DNA of 13,916 nt from Sedimentisphaerales bacterium (GTDB lineage Bacteria; Planctomycetota; Phycisphaerae; Sedimentisphaerales; Anaerobacaceae), in assembly GCA_028282745.1 (NCBI GenBank), contig JANQHJ010000025.1, positions 1 to 13,916 of the forward strand. Reading direction: 5' to 3'. Each line of letters begins with the position of its first letter. Position 1 is the stretch's first letter. Of the stretch, positions 7,651 to 13,846 are shown one piece after another. A program made the position numbers and the translations under genes. The notes under the pieces are model-generated. The model was given only the letters and a program-made list of their open reading frames with translations, was not told where the DNA came from and ran no database searches.

Positions 7651-9195
7651 TTGATGAAACCAGCTATAATTTCCGAAGAAAATTTTAGAGAGCTGGCGAC
7701 GGAGCGAATCGGGCCCCTGATGTGCGTTATCAATTGCCTTTGCAAGAAGGAGGCCACAGTTAAGTTTCTTAACAGGCTTTGTCTTAGTGAGCTTTTGTCG
7801 CAGTCAACATCGATAGAAGAGTTTCTTGATTCTTATGGAGCCAAGAACAATCTTCAGTGGTCAGCATTTCGTTCTTTAATCGCAACAATCAAACTTTTTT
7901 CCGATGTCAGTTACGAGTTACTTCATATCAAACACGGTTGCAGCAGGTATCGTTTGCTTGATATTGGTCATGATTTTGTGGGTGCGACTGAAGAGGCTTT
8001 TACATTTACGAGGGGTGTTCTGTTTAAAACATTCCCGTTATTGCAGGAGCAGGTTGAAAATCTTAAGCTAGATATTAGGCCTGATGATTCCAAGAATAAA
8101 ACGTGTGTCGAAGGTATCATTGACGGGGTTTTGTCACAGGATAGCGGTAGCCGTCATGTGGAAACGGCAGCGGAGACGGTGACGCTGTTAGCGACCTCTT
8201 TTTTGAATTTATCAGTTGCCGGTGAAGTTATTCATGATGCCAGGCGAGTTGAGATCAACGAGCATGGCCTGGGGTTGAGCGAGATCCTTAGTGAGAAGAA
8301 ACTGCGAAGCCTGGAGCTTGAATTTCATAATCTGCAGTCGATATATGATACGAATGTCTCGGATACAGATGTTGAGAGCCTTGATTCGAATCTGCCTGTT
8401 CTTCGCGGGCACATAAGCGTAGTATTTCATCTTCTAAGGACAGCTACGGATCTGGCCCATTATTACGAAAGGCACGTAAGTACGAAGAGGGTGGTGACCG
8501 AAAAAGATAAAGAGCCTTTGGTTGATAGCTGTGGTCTGCTTGGTGTTTTGATGGATTATTCCATAACATATGCCAGTAGGTATATTACCAGTGCGAAAGA
8601 GCTGTGTCATACGATGCTTAAGGAATATGCTGAGGTCGGAGAAATAGAGGTATCGGTGCCGAGGTATAGGGGATTTCATGTCCGGCCTTCCACGTTAGTC
8701 TCAAAGATAGTTTTGCACTATGGCAGTAATATTCAAATGCAGCTCGACGAGGATAAGTATGACGCAAGCTCGCCGCTTGAGTTGTTCAGGGCGAATGAAA
8801 AGATCAACGCTAATAAGCGATGCTTTATTAACCAGGAAATCGTGCATACCGATCTGATACCGGCCAAGCCGGGCGAGAGGGATATTAAGGATATTGTACG
8901 GGATATTGTGATGACGCTGGTTGGGTCGAGTAAACTTCTTCTTTATGAACAGCCATTGAAGCTGCGGAAGGATCTGGGACAAGATAATAAGACGCTGCTG
9001 CATCAGGTGATCGATGAGATAACGCGTTTACAGGCTACGGGAAAGATCGATATTGAGACAGATCTGAAAGTTAAGTTTGTCGGTGACAAACGAGTATTGG
9101 CTGATATTAAGTTATTGGCGGAATCGGGATACGGTGAGGATAACTTCGGTAATAATATTCAGCTGCCCGATGAGTTGAAATATCTTCGCAGGTAG
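7651..9195 (+). CDS. 514-aa protein with a C-terminal PTS HPr (phosphocarrier) domain fused to an uncharacterised ~330-aa N-terminal region
   Basis: Residues ~331-430 align with HPr along their length. EIEVSVPRYRGFHVRPSTLV matches [20 protein letters not shown] (His343 at the His15 position; codon CAT at 8677-8679). KYDASSPLELFRA matches GKSASAKSLFKLQ (Ser46 region). LIPAKPGERDIKDIVRDIVMTL matches [20 protein letters not shown]. The N-terminal 330 aa have no P-loop and no recognisable EI, EIIA or HprK motif. Start may be TTG 7651 or ATG 7654. Confidence 0.8.
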   Translation: MMKPAIISEENFRELATERIGPLMCVINCLCKKEATVKFLNRLCLSELLSQSTSIEEFLDSYGAKNNLQWSAFRSLIATIKLFSDVSYELLHIKHGCSRYRLLDIGHDFVGATEEAFTFTRGVLFKTFPLLQEQVENLKLDIRPDDSKNKTCVEGIIDGVLSQDSGSRHVETAAETVTLLATSFLNLSVAGEVIHDARRVEINEHGLGLSEILSEKKLRSLELEFHNLQSIYDTNVSDTDVESLDSNLPVLRGHISVVFHLLRTATDLAHYYERHVSTKRVVTEKDKEPLVDSCGLLGVLMDYSITYASRYITSAKELCHTMLKEYAEVGEIEVSVPRYRGFHVRPSTLVSKIVLHYGSNIQMQLDEDKYDASSPLELFRANEKINANKRCFINQEIVHTDLIPAKPGERDIKDIVRDIVMTLVGSSKLLLYEQPLKLRKDLGQDNKTLLHQVIDEITRLQATGKIDIETDLKVKFVGDKRVLADIKLLAESGYGEDNFGNNIQLPDELKYLRR

Positions 9196-9392
9196 AAATC
9201 GTCCTAAGCCGCATTTCTTAATACCTTGTTTGTGAGAATTTAGAATGGTGTCATTTATTCTTCTTTGTGTGTTCCTTGGGGTGGGGCATTTCCTTCGTAG
9301 TAAGGTCAAACTATTCCAGAAATTATATCTGCCAAGCTGTGTTATAGGTTCTGGATAGTTATACTTTCTAAGTTGCTACACAAACGATAAAT

Positions 9393-9968
9393 AACCCCGA
9401 AGCAGGCTTCAGGGCTAAACAATAACTATCGTAAACAATTTTAATTTTTATGGTTTATAACATACCTGATCTTCTTTTTCAGGTCATCTTCTGTAAAACA
9501 AAATCTCTTGTCGAAACCACGTGTCCATATTCTATTTTTCAATCCTGTCTCCTTAAGTGCTTTTGTCGCTACATTCTTATACCTTGAAACAGAACTTTCG
9601 ATAGATTCGTTGTGTTTGATAAGGACGAGATGGATGTGATTTGAACAGACCGCAATTGCTAATAGTTTTTGGCCAATTCTTTCAGCCTCCTTTTTTATCA
9701 TGGTTTCTGCCATCTCTTTTTGTTTATTGTTTAAATGTACACGGTTAGTTTTTTGAAATCTCTTATTTGCTAATTCAAGGTTCTTGTTTTTGTTCTTTAT
9801 TTGTCCATTTTTAACATAACCTCTTCTGTCTCCTTGCAGCCATGTTCCGAAAGTGGTCCATGTAACCATATATCCGAGTAATTTATCCATACCCAGATCG
9901 TATTATCATATGAAACATTATGCAATAACGTTTTGTTTAGCACCCAGGCCTGCCTGGGTGTCAATAAC
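9393..9968 (-). mobile_element. minimal IS200/IS605-like element: tnpA flanked by subterminal GC-rich hairpins (limits approximate)
   Basis: Y1 transposase gene 9441..9890. LE hairpin 9941-9960 is CACCCAGG-CCTG-CCTGGGTG (perfect 8-bp stem). RE hairpin 9393-9412 is CCCCGAAG-CAGG-CTTCAGGG (7 of 8 bp). Both are followed by the shared 7-mer CAATAAC (9962-9968 and 9418-9424). GTTTAG/CTAAAC abuts the hairpins. Confidence 0.45.
9441..9890 (-). CDS. tnpA: IS200/IS605-family HuH Y1 transposase (TnpA / RAYT-like), 149 aa
   Basis: N-terminal YMVTWTTFGTWLQGD (beta-strand TnpA start). HuH motif SNHIHLVLI. C-terminal catalytic Tyr motif KKKIRYVINHKN matches K-Y-I-x-N-Q of IS200 TnpA. Size is typical for the family. 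Confidence 0.8.
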   Translation of the reverse strand: MDKLLGYMVTWTTFGTWLQGDRRGYVKNGQIKNKNKNLELANKRFQKTNRVHLNNKQKEMAETMIKKEAERIGQKLLAIAVCSNHIHLVLIKHNESIESSVSRYKNVATKALKETGLKNRIWTRGFDKRFCFTEDDLKKKIRYVINHKN

Positions 9969-9992
9969 TTGACAATTTATCTTTGATATAAT
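9969..9992 (+). promoter_or_regulatory. extended -10 promoter (TGATATAAT) for the nuclease-EVE gene, with TTGACA 12 nt upstream
   Basis: TG at 9984-9985 and TATAAT at 9987-9992. TTGACA at 9969-9974 is only 12 nt away, so the -35 is suboptimal. The predicted transcription start would lie downstream of the track ATG at 9994, which supports the 10042 start. Confidence 0.4.
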
Positions 9993-10041
9993 ATTGTTTG
10001 TCAAGAGTTTGGCTTTTTATTTGGGAATAAAGGAGGTAAAT

Positions 10042-11109
10042 ATGTCATTATCAATGGAATTGTGGAAGATTGATAAAGAACAACTCGTACCTCTCGACAA
10101 AGCAGCCCTGAATTTTGAAAAAAGACTGGAAAATTGGATAGAAAATGATGTGTCAATAATTGGATATGATGCTTTGATTATTGGGCGTCAGGTTCACACT
10201 GGATATGGCGGGTATATTGATCTTTTAGCAATAAATAGTTATGGTGAATTAATTATTATTGAATTAAAAAGAAGCAAAACACCGAGGGATATTGTTGCAC
10301 AATGCTTAGATTATGGAACTTGGGTGCATAATTTGGGTTATGAAGATATTTCAATTATTTATGATTCTTATAAAAAAGAGTCCTTAGGGAAAGGTTTTGC
10401 GGAGTACTTTGATGCTCCTATACCGGAAAAAGTTAATAGTGCATACCAAATCGTTATCGTTGCAGAATCATTAGATGAGTCAACTGAAAGAATTGTTCAG
10501 CATCTTAATGATGTTCATGGTATTAATATTAATGCAGTTTTCTTTAATGTATTTGCTGACAATAAGCATGAGTATATTGGCAGATCATGGTTGAAGGATC
10601 CCGTGGGTGTTGATGAAAGGTCGGTATCAGGTAAGAAATCAAAGTGGACAGGCTTTTATTTTGTTAATACAGGTATAACTGAAGATAATTCGCGAGATTG
10701 GGACTTGAATATAAAATATCGTTTTATCAGCGCAGGTGGCGGCAATAGATGGATTAATGCAATAAAGAAATTAAAGAAAGGAGACAAAATATTTGCCTTG
10801 ATAAAAGGGAAGGGATATGTTGGTTATGGAATTGTTGAAGAAGAAGCGGTTATCGTAAAGAAATTTGAGTATAGAGACAAATTACTTATCCATGAACTAC
10901 CTGATCAACACCAATGGAGACAAGAAAAAGAACCTTTCATGGATGAATGGTTGGTTAGAGTTAATTGGTTAAAAACCTATGATGAGAACAAGGCGCAGTG
11001 GTTTAAAGGAGCATTTGCAAACCAAAATGTCGTTTGTAAATTGAGAGATCAAAATACCTTCCAGTTTTTATGTAAGAAATTTGATGTAGAAAAAATGTCA
11101 ATTGAATAA
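10042..11109 (+). CDS. NucS/DUF91-like PD-(D/E)XK nuclease fused to a C-terminal EVE/PUA-like domain; candidate modification-dependent (Type IV-like) restriction endonuclease
   Basis: Start chosen at ATG 10042 (strong SD AAGGAGG 10031-10037, 4 nt before it) rather than the track start at 9994. The N-terminal half GYIDLLAINSYGELIIIELKRSKTPRDIVAQCLDYGTWV...YQIVIVAESLDESTERIVQHLNDVHGININAVFF matches the NucS C-terminal RecB-like nuclease (D59, E74-L75-K76). The C-terminal half WTGFYFVNTGITEDNSRDW...GGGNRWINAIKKLKKGDKIFALIKGKGYVGYGIVEEEAV...WLVRVNW matches the EVE/PUA-like pattern (YWL.K.EPE.Y.W....NY.ARNNLR.MK.GD.V.FYHS.....VGI.EV). GC content is far below that of ppdK. Confidence 0.8.
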   Translation: MSLSMELWKIDKEQLVPLDKAALNFEKRLENWIENDVSIIGYDALIIGRQVHTGYGGYIDLLAINSYGELIIIELKRSKTPRDIVAQCLDYGTWVHNLGYEDISIIYDSYKKESLGKGFAEYFDAPIPEKVNSAYQIVIVAESLDESTERIVQHLNDVHGININAVFFNVFADNKHEYIGRSWLKDPVGVDERSVSGKKSKWTGFYFVNTGITEDNSRDWDLNIKYRFISAGGGNRWINAIKKLKKGDKIFALIKGKGYVGYGIVEEEAVIVKKFEYRDKLLIHELPDQHQWRQEKEPFMDEWLVRVNWLKTYDENKAQWFKGAFANQNVVCKLRDQNTFQFLCKKFDVEKMSIE

Positions 11110-11123
11110 CATTAGATGTTTCT

Positions 11124-11155
11124 AAAAAAAGGTGGGATAAACCCACCCTGTGATT
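11124..11155 (-). terminator. rho-independent terminator of the flotillin-like gene (weakly bidirectional)
   Basis: Minus strand reads CAGGGTGGG-TTTAT-CCCACC followed by T8 (plus-strand A7 at 11124-11130; stem 11131-11136 / 11142-11147). On the plus strand the stem is followed by CTGTGATTTT. Confidence 0.7.
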
Positions 11156-11176
11156 TTAATTTATGTGTTATTATTA

Positions 11177-12673
11177 TTATTGTTTGTTTAGCATGTCTTT
11201 CAGGATAGTTCCCATTAGTGCATCTGTCATACCGCCGCCGGGGCCACCGACCATAACTTCTGGTGTGATAGAAATATCTTCCTGAGCGACGAGCTTCATG
11301 ATCTCGACGAGTGCTGCATTATCGGCACCAATAACTTCAGCGATCATTTGATAGGCCTTTGCCTTTGCGTCTGCGACGAGTTTGATCTGCTCGGCTTCGG
11401 CTTGTGCGTCGATGATCATTTTTTTCTTTTCCTCTTCAGCGACCTTAACGCTATATGACGCAGTAGCTAAACGTTTTTCTTCCTCAGCTTCCTGTGTTGT
11501 TTTAGTTAAAGCTTTTTGTTTTTCTGCCGCAAGCTGCTGAACTTCAAATGTCGTTTGTTGTTGCACGGCGATTTCTCTATCGGTTTGAGTCTTCAAAAGT
11601 GCTCCCAAAGATTTTTCATCACCGACATTACTAATATTAACACTCAAAAATGTCACGCCTTCTTTTTCAAGTTCAGCTTTAAGCATTTCGGCGCTTTGCT
11701 TTTCTTGGACATCACGGTTTTGAACGTAATCAAGGGCCTTTACCTTACCAGCGTTGTTTCTAAAGATCGCCCTTACCTTTGGAGTTACAATTTTATTCAA
11801 TACAAGATCATTATCACCGATGTTTGCTACAACTCGGGGCGCGTTTTCCTTATCGATCTTATATATTATCCTGACATCAACTGGAAATTCATAACCATCT
11901 TTACTTATGACATTAATTGGTTTTTCAGGCTGGCCAGTGGCGATTTCTCCGCGTTCTTTTTGGGCGGTATAACTGACCTTTATCTGCCGGATATCGATCA
12001 TCGTTACTTCGTATGCCTTGGTATTGAGATAATATTTACCTTCTGTAAGTGGGGTATCCCAGATACCTCTTTGGCCTTTTTTAACCAGCCTGTCTTCTGT
12101 TTCTACAACCTCACCGACATTACTTTTAACCACTGCGACAAAACCGGCTTCGACGTTTGTAATTGGTACGATCTCAACGTCGAAAAGAGCAGTATTGATA
12201 GGATGTGTTGCCGGCTCCAATACTGTTAACTGTGGGCCTTTATAGCCCCCGCCTTCGCCAAGGAAGTATTCTGCATTCTTCATCTTATCCGGGTCATCCC
12301 ACTTTGTCGCGAAAACAGTATTATCTGGAAGGCTTTTCCCATCGTTTGCTGTAAGAATACCAACTTGTCCTTCTTTAATAACGGTCATTGGTACTTTTTT
12401 GACATCGTATGCCCACGGCCAATAGAAGAATTTCCAGCCTGGTGTTAAGACCTTGGCTTGGATACCATTTTCACCGTTAGCAGCGATGAACTGGCCAGCC
12501 GGCATGGAGCCGCCGCCGAGCTTTTTGTTGACGATGCCTACTTGATTGCCGCCGATCTTCTTGGTTGAGATGGCAACGATACCGACGATCATTATCAATA
12601 CTACCAGGATGATAATGAAACCTGCGCCAAGCTTTTTGGCTTTTGCATTCATAATCTCGTAATTTCTGTCCAT
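11177..12673 (-). CDS. SPFH/band-7 flotillin-like membrane protein (YqiK/FloT-like), 498 aa
   Basis: N-terminal TM helix GAGFIIILVVLIMIVGIVAI, an SPFH-domain region, then a long Ala/Glu/Lys coiled coil (EAEEEKRLATA...AQAEAEQIKLVADAKAKAYQMIAEVIGADNAALVEIMKLVA) typical of flotillin C-termini. Start may be ATG 12673 or ATG 12652. Confidence 0.85.
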   Translation of the reverse strand: MDRNYEIMNAKAKKLGAGFIIILVVLIMIVGIVAISTKKIGGNQVGIVNKKLGGGSMPAGQFIAANGENGIQAKVLTPGWKFFYWPWAYDVKKVPMTVIKEGQVGILTANDGKSLPDNTVFATKWDDPDKMKNAEYFLGEGGGYKGPQLTVLEPATHPINTALFDVEIVPITNVEAGFVAVVKSNVGEVVETEDRLVKKGQRGIWDTPLTEGKYYLNTKAYEVTMIDIRQIKVSYTAQKERGEIATGQPEKPINVISKDGYEFPVDVRIIYKIDKENAPRVVANIGDNDLVLNKIVTPKVRAIFRNNAGKVKALDYVQNRDVQEKQSAEMLKAELEKEGVTFLSVNISNVGDEKSLGALLKTQTDREIAVQQQTTFEVQQLAAEKQKALTKTTQEAEEEKRLATASYSVKVAEEEKKKMIIDAQAEAEQIKLVADAKAKAYQMIAEVIGADNAALVEIMKLVAQEDISITPEVMVGGPGGGMTDALMGTILKDMLNKQ

Positions 12674-12827
12674 TCTTCTGCCCTTTAAAAATGGTTAAAA
12701 AAACCGCAATAATATCGGTATATTCGGTTTAATCAGGCTAAAAAGTTTAGCATTTAGAACGCCATTAGTAATAAGTACGCACAAGTAGTGTTAATATTCA
12801 AAAAAACGGGTGCTTTGTGTAAAAGTA

Positions 12828-12856
12828 TTGACAAATGAGCGAAATAATACGAAAAT
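12828..12856 (+). promoter_or_regulatory. candidate promoter for tRNA-His: TTGACA, 17-nt spacer, GAAAAT
   Basis: TTGACA at 12828-12833, 17-nt spacer, GAAAAT at 12851-12856, which is 13 nt before the tRNA 5' end. Confidence 0.35.
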
Positions 12857-12869
12857 GCCGGGTCTTAGC

Positions 12870-12945
12870 GGTGAGAGTAGCTCAGCTGGTTAGAGCACTG
12901 GATTGTGGATCCAGGGGTCGCGGGTTCGAATCCCGTCTTTCACCC
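12870..12945 (+). tRNA. tRNA-His (anticodon GTG)
   Basis: Cloverleaf read by eye. Extra G-1 at 12870 pairs with the discriminator C. Acceptor GTGAGAG/CTTTCAC, D-stem GCTC/GAGC, anticodon stem CTGGA/TCCAG, loop TTGTGGA (GTG at 12905-12907), T-stem GCGGG/CCCGT, T-loop TTCGAAT. CCA is not encoded. A T-rich tract follows. Confidence 0.9.
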
Positions 12946-13003
12946 TTTTTTCTTTATAATGAGAACTCTGTGCGATTAACCATTCATTTGCGGAGATTGG
13001 ACA

Positions 13004-13744
13004 ATGGATGATCAGGCAAAAGAACAGGCCTTAGGTAGCGGGAAAGCAAAAATCTCAAAACTAGCGATAGTCTCTTTGATTCTTGGATTGATAAGTCTTT
13101 GTGTTTTATTTATTAAAATACCATATACATGGTGTGGAACTTGTCATGTATCTATTTATATGGAGCGTGTTTTACCACTCAGATTTGTTGCAGTTCTTGC
13201 AATAATTTCAGGCTTAATTGTGCTTCTGAAATATATTCACAAACAATTAAATAATACACTGTTTGCGTTATGTGGAATAGTATGTGCATTACTATCATTT
13301 TTAGGTCCACGAGATATTTCGACACCTGCGAGTGTATTGTGTAGGCTCAATCTTTCTGGAATGTCCAAAGCGATGATTTTATATGCTGGTGATTTTAATG
13401 ATATGTTGCCAATCCCTGAAAAGTGGTGTGATCTGTTAGTAGAATATGCAGATTGTAAACCGAAACAGTTTTTATGTGGTGGTTCAGATAATAAAGTTGG
13501 TGAGTCGAGTTATGCATTTAATGTTAACCTGAAAGGCAAGAATGTATATGAGCTTGATTCAAATGTTGTTTTAATATTTGAGACAAACGAAGTTGGCTGG
13601 AACCTTTGTGGTGGCAAGGAATTGATTAGTTGTGCTAACCATAATGGAGAAATATGCAACGTGATATTGGCGGATAGCCGTACGAAAAGGATAAGGTGTA
13701 AAGATATAAATAGTTTGAATTGGGGAGTGGAGGGGGAAGAATAA
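13004..13744 (+). CDS. membrane protein with a miniature DUF1559-like (H-X9-DG family) C-terminal domain, lacking the usual prepilin-type N-terminus
   Basis: SD GGAG lies 8 nt before ATG 13004. Three predicted TM helices are in the N-terminal 110 aa. CRLNLSGMSKAMILYAGDFNDMLP matches C-x-NNLKQ-(I/L)-GLA-x-x-MY-x-x-D-x-D-x-x-P. SYAFNVNL...NVVLIFETNEVGWNLCGG.ELISCANHNGEICNVILADSRTKRI...LNW matches SYGMN...NTVLLFE...WN..GG.E.L...RHNGG.ANVLFADGHV...L.W, but as H-X10-DS rather than H-X9-DG. Confidence 0.65.
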   Translation: MDDQAKEQALGSGKAKISKLAIVSLILGLISLCVLFIKIPYTWCGTCHVSIYMERVLPLRFVAVLAIISGLIVLLKYIHKQLNNTLFALCGIVCALLSFLGPRDISTPASVLCRLNLSGMSKAMILYAGDFNDMLPIPEKWCDLLVEYADCKPKQFLCGGSDNKVGESSYAFNVNLKGKNVYELDSNVVLIFETNEVGWNLCGGKELISCANHNGEICNVILADSRTKRIRCKDINSLNWGVEGEE

Positions 13745-13746
13745 AC

Positions 13747-13765
13747 CCTCTAGGTGGGCCTAGGG
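13747..13765 (+). repeat. imperfect hairpin CCTCTAGG-TGGG-CCTAGGG 3 nt after the stop of the DUF1559-like gene
   Basis: Stem CTAGG/CCTAG plus flanking G-C and G-U pairs. No T-run follows, so it is not a canonical terminator. Confidence 0.3.
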
Positions 13766-13813
13766 ACTAGATAAAAGAGATTGCTTTAGTCTTCGACTTC
13801 GCAATGACATTTC

Positions 13814-13846
13814 CCCGGCCCACAGGTGGCCGGGCTAAACAAACTG
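13814..13846 (+). repeat. solo GC-rich hairpin CCCGGCC-CACAGGT-GGCCGGG followed by CTAAACAAAC; same hairpin-plus-tail architecture as the hairpins flanking tnpA
   Basis: The 11-mer GGGCTAAACAA at 13832-13842 is identical to 9410-9420, which is the 3' edge of the RE hairpin plus its tail. The orientation is the same. Confidence 0.5.

Noticed and set aside
7230-7757. ORFs 7230..7556(+) and 7509..7757(-) around the divergent promoter region
   Set aside because: One is antisense to the 169-aa ORF; the other overlaps the predicted promoter and start of the HPr-domain gene. Both are short and AT-rich.
8212-9309. Antisense ORFs within the HPr-domain gene (8212..8430-, 8434..8679-, 8701..9003-, 9112..9309-)
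   Set aside because: They lie inside a gene with a clear HPr domain alignment.
9994-10041. Upstream ATG at 9994 as the nuclease-EVE start (MFVKSLAFYLGIKEVN...)
   Set aside because: It sits inside or just 3' of the predicted extended -10 promoter. It has no SD, whereas ATG 10042 has a perfect AAGGAGG.
11168-11181. (TTA)4 microsatellite spanning the flotillin stop codon
   Set aside because: Trivial short repeat in AT-rich DNA. It encodes the C-terminal NK residues and the stop.
11177-11192. GCTAAACAAAC 11-mer on the minus strand matching the tail of the 13814 hairpin element
   Set aside because: It lies inside the flotillin coding sequence (encoding MLNKQ) with no adjacent GC-rich hairpin. 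Most likely a chance match in AT-rich sequence.
11516-12229. 237-aa plus-strand ORF antisense to the flotillin gene
   Set aside because: Phe/Ile/Tyr/Cys-rich low-complexity translation typical of the reverse strand of an AT-rich, Lys/Glu-rich gene.
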